64,000 bases of DNA from Lytechinus pictus (lineage: Eukaryota): positions 17,856,001-17,920,000 of the forward strand of contig NC_087255.1 in NCBI RefSeq assembly GCF_037042905.1, in the 5' to 3' direction. Below the pieces are notes generated by a model that saw only the letters and a program-made list of their open reading frames with translations, did not search any database and was not told the origin of the DNA. Shown here piece by piece: positions 46,214-59,300 of this stretch. The position numbers and the translations under genes are program-made. How positions within the stretch are numbered: position 1 is the stretch's first letter; each line of letters opens with the position of its first letter.

Positions 46214-49025
46214 TGTATTGTCTCTGTCCCACATATTCATTTCCTTGTGATGTTTTGTAAAAGGGCTCCAAATGTTGAAGTTAACAGCACATAGACTAAT
46301 TAGATATTGGCTGATTGATTAATGTTCATGTAATATAAACATTTCCTGTGGCACAAGTGCATTTCTTTAGTACTTTTATACTCTATGAAATTAGTACAAA
46401 AATTGGTGCGGTGAAGGTGTTGAGAGTAAGAATTTTGCTACCTCGATGTACCGTCCTGGGAGAAATTTGAAACAAAGGAAAGCACATTTCTGACGACACT
46501 GACATAAAATATTTGCTTAACAATGTCAAGAAGATGTTTCCTCATCACTGGATGATACTGTTTGGAACTAGATATCATTATTCAACAATCCAGTTATGTA
46601 CAAAAAAAACCCCAATATTTAGGCTCTAGGAAAATTATAAATTACAGTGAGCTATGATATTTCTTACCTGTCCCAGACAGATGGGAAATGTTTTATTTTC
46701 TACTGTTTGATGAAATTTATTCATATTTGAGTTTTATCCCTCACTAGACTGTTATCATTTATAGAATACCAGTATTAAGTTAGTATTTCAACTGCATGGA
46801 ATTGTAGGAAAAAAATACGCCTATTCTTGGCTTGATACAATATTAGCACTGGTTCTTGAGAATTTTCTCCCAATTCCTTCAATAACGCATCTAATAATTC
46901 CAAACCCGGACCAACCCTTATCCTAACCCCTAACATAACACAGAAATCCAACACTACAAATACTAACTCTATGCTTGTCAATTAGTATTACCATTAAGGT
47001 ACCTGTTATGTGGAGAAATTTGCTCAGAAGCTATGCGTGAGATTGTCATATATGTGCTTTGTTTTCACCATTTGGAGTTCTTCGCTTAAATCTACAGAAT
47101 TTGTCAGTCATTCTTGGTCTAGTTTTAGTGGGGAAAGTTACCATGACATTGCACATTCATGTTACAAAAATAGATGTATACTTTTATATGACGAAACATG
47201 ATATAGTTGTGTACCGAGTATTTGTGATATTTTTTCACCTGTGTTGAAATTATTGTGAATTGTGACTATGATTGAGAGAAGAAAGGTATCTGGTTTTATC
47301 ATCTAATGATATCAGTGAATGATTATGTTGATGTAATTATAATTGGCAGTGTTACACTGTTTTGTTTGTTTTGACACAAATAGTCTTACTATTTATATCT
47401 TATAGCATTTCTGAGAAATTCTTATACAGCTCGGGAAATAGTTATTAGACCATACTGTATGGAAGCTTAGTTGAAAATTGGTCTACTAATCATTTCCTAA
47501 ACTGTAAACATATTCCTGCTTGTGATGTTAGGAATATAAACTCTGGATCTTAACATAGTTTAGATAGATAACCAATTCATAATCATCATTCTAATAAAAT
47601 GGGATATGATGTTGCTGCCTTTAAGAACTTATTTTCTGTATATTTTGTTAGTTTTTACTAGGTATTGACTTTCTCGATAGGAAAGGGGATAGAATTGAAT
47701 AAAATACAATGTACATTCAATAAATTACAAGAATTACTTATAATGTAGAAAAAAGTTAAATTTGATCACTGCATTTCATGCGATTGTAAGAATTCTTCAA
47801 ACACCATCAATGAAAATCTTGATTAAAGCACCAAATTGAATAATCACACTGGTAACGGAGTTTATTAAGAAACTTGCAATCAGTTGCAAGTCAAATCTGG
47901 GTGAAAAAAAATCAGTTATAATTGTAGCGATTAATTGCAAATCTGTACTCGAATGCTGGTCTGCCTCTTGCAAAACATAGTAAAAATCAAATTTGCTCTA
48001 GTTACAATCGATATATCAATCGTAAATTTGCATCAGAAATTTTCAGTTGCAATCTTACAATTGATAGATCAATTTTAGCTGTAGCAAATCAGATTACACT
48101 CCTTGTTCCGAGGAACAGATTAGTAATCAATTGCAGGACTTGTGTGTGATTTAGGGACTGATAATAGACTTTCAATTGATCGCAAGTTTCTTGCGACACC
48201 CCAAAGTCTTTCTGATTCTCTATCAAGGTGGCATTGGTCATTATCGGATGATCACACATACTGTAAATCTAGCTTTGGCGACCAACTTCATAGAAGGACC
48301 ATCTGTGTATTTCAGTCTTGTTTTTTTTTAATGTGCAACATGGACCATAAACAGTAGTAGGGATTATTAGAATGTGGAATCACAGATCTAGAAGAACAAA
48401 TCTAAAGTGTATTTAGATTGTTTATTTAATCTGAAGTATGACGTGAAATCAGCCAGTTTTGTACATTAAGCATTATTTCAATTAAGATAGCTAGATATGT
48501 ATCAGAATCATGGGCGGTAATCTGGAGTTCAATTTGTACAGTGTACAGTAGCCTCTGTGACAGGATTGACTTGCGTTTCATAGAGGGACAAAAAAATATC
48601 ACGAAATCGCCGCTCATGATCAGAATTGTGAATGACAGACTATATTAATCTTCTTGTTCATTAATTAGCTTGTGGCTATAACACTTATTACAAATTATAT
48701 CGAGTGCTGAACAAAATGATGATTTATATACTAATCTGTGTGATTTATAAAAGATTATGCATCTTAATATACGATGGAGAAAGATAGAGTCTACATAATT
48801 GTTATGGAGGAGACAATCATATTGATTAACTGATTCACTGTATATTGATGTATTGACAGAGATATGGAACATTAGTGTATGATTTTAGTTGAATCTATTT
48901 CGATCTTAATCTCGCCACTTCGTAACAGGCACATCATTCCCTGTCATTGTTAGTGTTGAATTGTTTAGTGGTCAATAACTTTTCTATGTTATCAGCATAA
49001 TCAAAGCAAATACAGTCAAACCTAG

Positions 49026-51212
49026 GGCCCTCTTTCATAAGACTTGTTATAATAAAGAAATTACAGTAACAGTTAAAAGCTATTGAAATTCTTCAATTCG
49101 ATTGGCTGATCATAATCTTGTTATAGAAACTGTGTATTAGTTATTAAAAAAAGGCTCCTGGTGGGTGTTTCACAAAGTTGTTCGTAAGGATACGATCAAC
49201 TTTACAAGTGACTGGAATGTGTTCTTAGGTGGTTAGTCAATTACATAGGGATTATCATGTAGCACAAGAAATGGTCACCAGTCTTTGTAAAGTTGCTCAG
49301 AATTTACAAACAACTTTATGATACACTAACTCACTTTAGTGACCACCTGTATAGAAGGACCAGTCTTACAAAGATTTGCTATTGATCCGATCGACCCGGA
49401 TTCTATGGAAATCCATCAATGTCATAGTTTTTCCTACTGGAAATTTGCATAATGTTCTTTTTAAACAAAGAGGAAGCACACTGAACATTGAACATTCATT
49501 ATCAAGAAAATATTTTGATCAAAAATGCATTTTAGATGTTGGCGTTGCTGGCTTTTCATAGTTGTGGTTGATTGGATCAATCGCAACTCTTTGTAAGACG
49601 GGGCCTAGCTGTTTATTAAGACCACACTTCTGCTTTCCCTTGCGTAGAATAAGCCTTTTCACGGTTGTAAACTGCGCACGAGCAGAAAAAGGTCATTGGA
49701 GACAACCATGAAGGTGGCTTACAAATTCACTGACATAGGCATTTGTGATTTGATGATTATTCATGTATTCCTTTCAAAATATTTATCACATCCAAGCTGA
49801 AGAGTAATAAATAGAGCCTTCATAATCACTGGTATTTGACAGTAGCCTAAACAATAGTCAAATGTGCCAAAGGCAGACAATAAAACAGATTTCCAAACTT
49901 TATCCCTGATGTACTATTCTAGTCACCTGGTCTATACAATGCCTTTTGTTCATAGAATTTGAATACTCTACGGTTAAGCTTACGCAACATCTACATTTGA
50001 AAATGATAGTGCTTATCCTAATGAAAAATCACAAAGGTCATTTGAGAAAAGTTTATCATGAGCTAACCGTGAACTGGCTTATTCTCCTGTCCATAAAGAC
50101 CACCCTGGGACCTGTAACACAGAGGTTAGCGGTTAATCGTACGCTTGATTTTCACGATTGATCGTACATTGTAGTCAATGCAATCAATCTTGGAAAGAGT
50201 TCTATGATGATTGCTAAGCTTTGTGTTTAGGGCCCTTGCTTATAATGACCACTTTTCTTGTCTCCCTTTTAGTGGTCTTCATATATAGTACAGAATTCAC
50301 TATATATAAGATTATTGAAAATGACTGCCTGAACCAAATATGTAACTGTCGTTATTCAATTAGAGGAAGAGATAAATGAATACTACTCTTTGAATACTGA
50401 GGGGCCCCAAAAGAAGTTTATCGAAAAAATCTTTGACAAGGGAACCGACAAAGAAGTCTAAACCATACACTGAAAATTATTTTCATTTTCATTAAACACT
50501 CTTCACACAGAATGTCAGATTGTTTGATTTCTGACATACTGTATAGTAGCACCATTTCTTTGTCAAACATTGAAATCAAATTTTACCTTGTACAAATGAC
50601 AATTCCATTATTTCTGAGAATGGTTCCATTTAAGGCTAATTTGTTTCAACCATTGGTTCGGTTAATATGAAATTTTAACAATAATTACAGTCTTAAAATA
50701 TGTAGAATAGATATTTGTTTGATTGAAATCACTTTAAATGCTCAATTGTATACTTCAATCATCATGTAAATGTTGCGTAACTTTGAAATCATCCCCCTTA
50801 TTGTAACAGATTTGGTCATGAATTTGCAGGAGATTATTAAAAGACATTATAAGACAAAGCACAATTTCCAACCAAGGGTGGTTAAGAAGGGGTTGTGTGG
50901 GCTTTAAAAGTCCTCCACATCTCTTAGTTTTGAGGGTTAAATCTGTGCCCCATCTTACAAAGAGTTACGATTGATCCAATCGATCGTAACTCTGAAAATC
51001 CATCAGTGTCCTAATTTGTTCAACAAGAAATTTACAAAATGTCTTTTGTAAACAAAGGAGAACACACCAAATTGTCAAGAAATTAATGAATTTATGGATA
51101 TACATTCATATCTAGAATTTTTTAAACAAACATGCATTTTATATGCTGACTTTGCTGGCTTTTCATAGTTGCGATTGATCGGATCAATTGCAACTCTTTG
51201 TAAGACAGGCCC
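49026..51212. mobile_element. Intergenic cluster of Harbinger-like MITEs (~49026-49157, ~49161-49330, ~49357-49605, ~50108-50235, ~50946-51212)
   Basis: Each matches or resembles families defined elsewhere in the window (TTTCATAA, GTTTCACAAAG, GTCTTACAAAG, GTAACACAAAG ends), mostly CWG-flanked. Boundaries approximate. Confidence 0.65.
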
Positions 51213-53094
51213 CAGGTGTACAAATGAAGGAAATCAAACTTTCACAAATATTTCAATGAAGAAATAAAATAAACTGGTGATAGTGAAAATAATAATTCGG
51301 AAGCAACTTATTAGCATTTGAATGGCTTGATTAGGTTACTAGGACTGTTGCTGAACACAATTGCTTTTATCAAAGATCAAGAAAAGAGGTTGTTCTCTTA
51401 CTCTGTACCTAGGAGACACAAATCAGAAGTGTGTGCCTATGAACAATGATATTGTGATCGATACTTAATCAGAATTACTTAATGAGAGCTTTTCTATGTT
51501 TGAATATACTGTCGTGAGTAACTTCTGAGGTTTTCTATATTTTCATATCTCATTTTTTTCAAATACATTAGATACATCAAGTATCTGTAGCATGCAAATT
51601 ATCCTACTGCTAATTTGCATAATATTTTCAGAATGTTGGTATTTGTTGGTCATAAGTTGTATTTTTCAAGTATTATAATTTTCATTGTCACTTGATCAAG
51701 ATTTTTCTCCCAAAACATGAAAATTGTGTTTCCATTACTTCTGACATCCCCCCCCCCCGGTAGATATTCAGCTCAGTATGTGCATGCTATGATTGAAATG
51801 TTTTCCCCTCGAATTTCTATAGAATGATTATACTGTTTACATACAAGGTGTGTGAAACCGAATGAGAAGTTTGAATGTCAATATGTTTCTTTTCTGTTAT
51901 TATGTTTTATCTTTGACTGGAAGATGATGAATGGAACAGCAATAAATGGATCAAAAGAAAACCATCGTGTCTTGTGTGGAATATTTACCTTCCCCTGAAA
52001 TGGTGATATGTATAGGCGAGGATTGGGGGTGGGGGGAGGGGACCAGGCGAAATGTGCATTGGTACCCTGTAGACATTTTTTTATGGAATTGTGCAGTAAG
52101 TAGAATGCATTAGTTGTGCTCCCTGTTAAATGAGCGATGACCTTTTTTTTCTTTTTATTCTTGTCAAATACGTTCAAGCACACTCGCACCATGTTGTTTA
52201 AGTCCAATTTTGGATCTGCGCCTGATATATGGATCCTAAGCAAATGATTGGCTGAAATCCATCATGTGACCAGTGAGTCATTTATTTTAGCTAACAGGAA
52301 AAATTGCTAGTGACTAGTTCTATAGACCATTCATGGTTTTAAGATTAGGAGGATTTATCAAATAACAAAGATCCATATCACTATGATACACATAATTTTG
52401 CTCAGGCATTACAATCACACAAATGTTACCTTAATTTGAAACGGTCTGTATGCCCTCAGCTCTGCCCTGGGCGTGTTAGAACTATTCTGAATGTGCCTTG
52501 TGTGATGTATTTTATTTGGTATGCTGTCATAAAAAGATATCATAGAAAAAATTGATTTAAACAAATGACAGCTTTTTATACAGTGGGTCACCAAGTAGCT
52601 GGGACAAACTAAAATTTCATTTCAGTTAAGATTATTTATTTCAATATAATAATGGAACAAATACGTTGTAATAAAAAATTCTAGTAGGAATCATGAAGGA
52701 AAATGACACTAAAGAAAGTTGGAAAAAAGTGTGAAGGATAATCCCCTATGAAGTATATGCTTATCCCGTGTAAAATGAAAACAAATGATTATGATAAGGC
52801 AAATGTATAGGCCTATTCCTATGACATGCCCAAGTAGTCATGAGGCATAGTAAGCCCTAAGCAAAACAATGATATAAAGACTTAAATGAGGGAGTGGTCA
52901 AGTCCACCCGAGAAAATGTTGATTTTGATTGAATAGAGAAAAATCATTTTATTATGGTTTTCACGTCACAAAGTGGTTCATTGGGGTTCACTCCCCATGA
53001 CTGGTAAAATATTACTATTTTTCGAATTCTTATAATTCCCTTTCCGATAAGAAGCGACTGGAGAAAAAGTCTAGTCCTATTCGGAAAGGGCATG

Positions 53095-53155
53095 CAGCCA
53101 ATCAGTGTGTGGTAAACACGAGCGGAGACTTTGAATGGGTCCGAAATCCAATCAA
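53095..53155 (+). promoter_or_regulatory. Cell-cycle-type promoter: CCAAT boxes, forkhead site, CDE-CHR-like element
   Basis: AGCCAATCAG (CCAAT 53098-53102), GTAAACA 53112-53118, AGCGG-agac-TTTGAA 53121-53135, CCAAT 53148-53152; ~170 bp upstream of the DEPDC1-like ATG. Confidence 0.65.
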
Positions 53156-53302
53156 TCAACTTTTACACGCGATCGCAATACATGCAGCGCTAAGCCTATG
53201 ATCTGCACTGGGAACCGTACGTTGTTCAGATATATCATCTTAAAATCAAGGAAAATGAGGTGACATCTTTGGAATTTTAGATCTGGCATAATGACATAGA
53301 CT

Positions 53303-56300
53303 ATGGAGAAACCAAAGGCAACTATCGGCCCTTTCAGGGCTACGAAATTGGTGAGTAATATTCAGTTTTAAAATAAATAACTTGCTATAAACCGATTGAC
53401 GACGCGATGCCGATGTAGCCATGAATGCCATGGCATGACATGATGAGTATTGACTCGCGCGATCACGCCGGCCGCGCCCCGGCTCGTACGTAAGCCAGGC
53501 CCAGGGGCCGTATTCTGAAAATTGTCTTGACTTAAGTCGAGAAATATTCTTTTATCTTTAGAGTTACAATAAAATCTGTATTCCGAAAATTCCTGTATCT
53601 TTTCTTGTAAATTTTCTTGTAACTTTCGCTTAGCGCTTATGATGTCACTTTGTCAGACACACTCTCTCACTCAGCTCAGACAGAGAGCTCGAGCGAAGTT
53701 CGTGCAGGCTCCACTCCACTTCACTGTACCCTGGTACCGGTAACTGTAAGTTACACGGTAGTGAAGTGGAGTGGAGCCTGCACGAACTTCGCTCGAGGTA
53801 ACTCAGAGCTAGAATTAATATGCGTAAAGTTAAAAACGGCGCATCATAAATATCCCTTTTTTTTTATACCTTTATACCGCATCTACTGGAAAAATACAGT
53901 TGTTCCTGCAGTCAAGTTTCCAGGTCTATCTTGTTGTCTTCCTAGCTTGGATAAGTTCGAAAACTGAGTCTGTGCTATTTGTGCAATGTGCTGTGCCAAT
54001 GTATTGAAATGAAAAAGGCACTATTCCCATGCGTGAACATAATGGCATATGCCACGCAGACCAGAACTTGTCTAACTTTGTCTTGAAGCCATTGATTGTT
54101 GATGCTGTGACTACCTCAGTAGGCAAAGAGTTCCAGTCATTAACCACTCTAACACTGAAGCCTTGAACGTGTTTTGTCTCACTGCCAGTCTACTCCTTTT
54201 CAAAAATAGCTTGTAAGGGTGGCCACGCGTTGCTTGAGTGGTAGCTGATGTGAAGAATAGGTCTCTATTGAATTCACATCATCAATGCCATGAATTATTT
54301 TATAGGTTTGTATCATGTCACCTCTGCGCAGTCTGTACTTGATGGAGGGTAATTTCATTTCACGCAGTCTTCTACCATAGTCCATTTTGCTTTGCGTTAT
54401 AAACATATCGAGATAAAACGGTATTCTGAACATTCTCTTATCTTCGCGTTCTGTTATTGTTAACTTCCTTGGAAAATACAAGAAATTAAATACAGAGGCT
54501 ATTGTAACTTATTGTTGCATGCGATATTTGTCCGTCTGCAATAATTATTTCTTGCTGCATCCCGCCAGAACATCATGTTTTACAAAAGGAGACATTATAA
54601 CGACGGATTGGAAGACTTTTCAGCAATTAAAAATTGGTGTTCGAGACGATAAATCTTTTCAGAGAAAAAATGTCTTTGAGAAGAGCCACGTGTATTTAGC
54701 ACAGAAGCGCACAAGCATTTATAAGCGTCGGGGGCGCAAGGAAACTACCTTAATTACGCCTCATATCAGCAATGCGCTTCATTATTTTTCAGAAGAGACG
54801 CTTCTATTGGTTGACCTAAGCATGTAACAAGCTTAATGATTGGTTGATGATGAAATATTGGGCGTGTCAGAGATAAAATAGGGGACGTCCTTACAGAGAT
54901 AAGACAATTTTCAGAATACCAATTTAAGAGAATCTTAGCAAGCTGTTATCTTGCTGACTTACAAGAAAAGTTACAAGAAAAGTTAAGACAATTTTCTAGT
55001 AGAATACCACCCCAGGTCCATTTTTAAATATTTTATCTTACGCAGGAAATCAGTGAGACAAAATAGCCTTAATCTCCCCGAATTGGTATCCTGAAAACCA
55101 TTTTATCTTAATTTTGATGTGGATGGTATTACCAAACGTCTTGGTTATGAATTCATAAATCGTGTAAATGATGGCAAGACAGGATAAACATGATAAACGT
55201 CGTTCCGGGATTAGATATTTATTTTAAAAAGTAACAATTTCTGACATTTTACTATTGCCATTGGTGAGACAAGCCAATGCATTTCAGCGGAACTAGACAG
55301 CTGGCAGCCGTCTGTTTCAAGGAGTTTAAATTTTTTTTTAAAATTTCCTCTCGTACACAGAACATGCAGACGGCTCGCGATCGTGCAGCCGCCATTAGGG
55401 GGTTAAGTAATGCAAAATCCCCCGACGCTGACGGGGCTCATTGATTTTTATCTTTATTTCATAAAAATATATATAGAACAGGACCAAAATAAAGATTATT
55501 AGACTATTCTGTTTTGGCCTGAAATGCACCAAAACGGGAAAAAAATAAACTTAAAAGGGGGAAAAAAACAGTGACTTACTTCGGCTGTTGCGCAACTCCT
55601 ACTTCCCTGGTTTATCCGAACTTAATACATGTACATATGGCCATTGAGTCCCTGTACATATCGAGTTAGAACTTTGGTCTCTGTAATTGGTGAATGTAGC
55701 CAACGGAGTTCGGTGGAACAACCAAGGCCAATATACATGTAACAGAGACCGAAGCTTTAGTTTTGGTGAATTTGGTCTGAGTGGAACAACCAAAAACAGA
55801 GACTGAAGCTTTTGTTCTCATGAATTCTATCATAATTTTTTCATGTCAAACACAATAGACCTCTATTCGCAATTGAAATTTAAAGTAAGTTCTAGGTCTA
55901 GGGCCTAGCTACGTTTTCCTAGTCAAAATTTTGCAACCCCCTTCCAAAGGGAACTTGAAGTTGAACAGAAAAATTGTCAAAATGCATACATTTTCAAAGT
56001 CTTAGTTTATATTCTCAAATTAATGAAATATTATAAAAATGAATCAGAGACATCACATCAGTGATTTTATCGTTTTCTCAACTATTCCCACAGAAAACAC
56101 ATGTGAGGTATTACAATTCAATTTTCAAGTAGAATTAGACCCAGACCAAAAGCTTAAGAGGTCTATGTCATAATTTTCTGACGCGTATGATGCACGCGTT
56201 CGGGGGGGAGGGGCCGGCTTCCTGATTAGAGGTTGCTGCACAGTATTTATGATGTCAGAATGAAAAGTTGTCTCAAATTAGTTTGATTTTGTTCACAAAG

Positions 56301-59300
56301 CTTTATATGTTCACTGGTCTTGCACCAAAAATTTCTTTGAAAAGAATGTGGACCTTCTATTCATGACAAAATTTGGTATTTTTACTAAATATTTTAGCCC
56401 ATGTTGTCAGGTGTTCATTTATGTTATGCAACCTGTGGGTGTACCACGGCACGAAGCAAGGCTCCTGACTCGTTATAGGAAGATAGTAGGACAAGACCAC
56501 ATGCTTGATTCAACTTGTCAAAACAGCAAACCAACTTGTTGCATATTGGATACGTTTAGTCACCCAGTGGCTGCATGCACTTGTAGTACTGTAGCTACAT
56601 ATATGCTATCTATCTCTAATAGACATAATGCTGTCCGCAGAGACTTCTAAAACTAACTAAACTTGTTCACATCTTTTTGCTAATGATCAACACCGACTTG
56701 CCCCATCCCAAAGTACATCCATAATATATGCTCTTATTCGTCTCCACCATCCAGTGGAATTCCATCGTGAGCGACTTCCGAGCCGGCATCCCTCTCAAAA
56801 GGCATCGATGGCGGATGCGTTACTATGACAACTGCTTCACCTCGACCGAGGCTGCTGATTGGCTTCATGATTACCTTTGTAACAGTGAGAACTTTGGCCC
56901 CTGGGTCATGAGAACACAGGTCATTCTTCTCCTCGACAAGTTTGTGCAAAGTAAAATTATCGAAGAGGTGAAAGCCTCGAAAGGAGACGGAACCGAGAAA
57001 GCATCGTTTGAAGACAATGGACACCTATACAAGTGAGTTTCAAAAGTCAGATGTGGAGAAAAAATTTATGTTTTATTTGTTTATACTGGACTGGTCGTTG
57101 GTCAAGGTTCAAAGGAGAAATCAGAGTTTTCTTATAATAGACTCGGGCGAGAACAAGGTCTGCCTGGTATTGCTAGTCTTACTTCAGGAACAAAATCTTT
57201 ATCTTTGACATTTTCATTTGTTGATGATATTTTGATTCCCCATCAGTTGGAATTTTATATCAGATTTAAAGGGAATCCCAAACTAATGCAATGTTTTTTT
57301 AAAGATATTTTAAAGAAAGATCAGACAAACAATAAGGAAGTAATGAATTACATATTTAAAGAAAAAAATCCCACATAATCACTGTACTTTTTAAATTGGC
57401 TGCATAGAGGTAATGGGACTACCAGATTTGCACCAATGCAAAAAATAACCAAGATTCTCTTTTTTTACTCCAAAAGTACTCAGAATATCATTTTTTTATG
57501 CTCTGTATAGTCTCTACAGGTGTATAATATTATATTTGGAGTAGGTAAAACAGAAAACTACAAATTCTTGGTACTTAAGTCTTAATCGCCTTGAAGAGAA
57601 GTCCATACAGCTTTATCATGTTGTGAATCAACTCAGCCAATTGCTAATTTGAGATGCAGAGAATAGTTTCTTATCCCTTCTCCAATTTCTTTCATACTTT
57701 TTATGTTTTTCTTTATTTTCTTCTTTCACACAATTCACCAACATTGCCAGTGTTTGATTTAATGATGTTCCAGAGTAGGTGAATTTCTCATTTTGCTCTG
57801 TGCTATTTTATTGCTTTGTACTAGGGTCTAGGGAGCATTTTCCCCTGGGCCCTGGCTCAGTTATTTTAATCTGCTTTGAAATCCTCAAATACCCACAGGG
57901 CTAAACACCCAACTAAACACTTAGCCCCTTCACAGGTAGTGATATTGATGTGCTTTCAAGCGGTTCATTCCCATTGTGTTCTTAAAGAATTGTGACACAA
58001 TAGTTGTACACAAGAAATTCACTTTCTTTCTATAGGAGTCCCAACCGAGGGATTCTATTAGCCCATCCTTGGCAAAGCTGGATTGAATAGCATTCTAGTG
58101 ATTATGATCTCTCTTGGACTAGACTCTTTACCAGGAGTTTTGAAAAAATATTATACATGTACATGTATATGTTTTTGTTATAGACTGAGTATGAATTAAA
58201 AAAAAAGTTGTAAAAATATAAAATATTTCATTCAAACCTAGGAAGAAGAGTTTGAAGTTTAGTGAAACTGACAAGCTTGTAAAAAGCTTCCAAAAGCTTC
58301 CAAAGCTTCCATAAAATAATTTTGTTTTCTTTCAAATTCATTATGGCAGTTACTGCTTTGAGAATCACATCCTTGATTGCGCAATTCAAGTGGCTTTACC
58401 GGCAGTTGTGCTGGTAACAAGCACAGAGCTTTAGTGGTCTTGAGTTCTTAATATGATGTCTATTTCTGTAGTAAATTAATGGTACTCACATCCTGTTTGA
58501 TGAATGGCCAAACAAACTTTCTAATTGATGGAAAGTATTGCCTACTTATGCTAAGTTGTTGATAGGAAAAGCAGATTTATGGACCGAGGGTTATTCATTA
58601 CTCCTGTGATGTTAACTGAATGTTGGGAGGTTGTAGTATTGTGACTAATTAGGCTTAAGTTAAGAATGAGAATGATCTCCCAACCTACATGTATATACTG
58701 GCCAGTGGGCCCTTGCTTTGTTTTTGTTTAGACCATTCATAATTTTAGAAGCCTTATTCTTCAACCCCTTTGTTAAAAAAAACTATACATTTAGGCAAAA
58801 TGAAATCAACTGGTCTATCAAATTATTTTTGTTTATGACTGTTTGTTTTCTTGATTTCCTTCTGAGTTGGATTTTTGCAAGCAAATTTGTTGCACCATAA
58901 TTAATTTTTATTTTATTCACATCAGTGTTTCCAACCTTTACACACATACAGATTCTCAAAATGTCAAATATTCTTAAGTTTTATCTTCAACCTGGGTCCA
59001 TCCCAGAGAGTCCATTTTTTTTTCTCATACACCAACTCAAATGCTTTAAATGAGTTTTGCATTAATTTATACCTTCATTATTCACATCATTGTTTCCAAC
59101 CTTCAGATTCTTGCCAGTATCCCCCATGAAGAAGCTGCGTTCAGCCCTTGCAAGTCGCAGCAGCATCCAGAGCCTGAGCCCCAGTCCAAAGCCAAGGAAA
59201 ACGGTGCCCAGGACCGGCGGAGCAACCACTGCCGCCAATCCTGCACCTCGAAGACTCACTATGAGAGATACAAACATTGATCCAAATGCTAGGCCGACTG

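Larger units (their letters stand above)
53505..55012. mobile_element. 1.5 kb Harbinger-like non-autonomous element (CAG TSD) in DEPDC1 intron 1
   Basis: CAG|GGGCCGTATTCTGAAAATTGTCTT...AAGACAATTTTC(TAGT)AGAATACCACCC|CAG; subterminal TTTTCTTGTAA / TTACAAGAAAA repeats. Confidence 0.8.
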
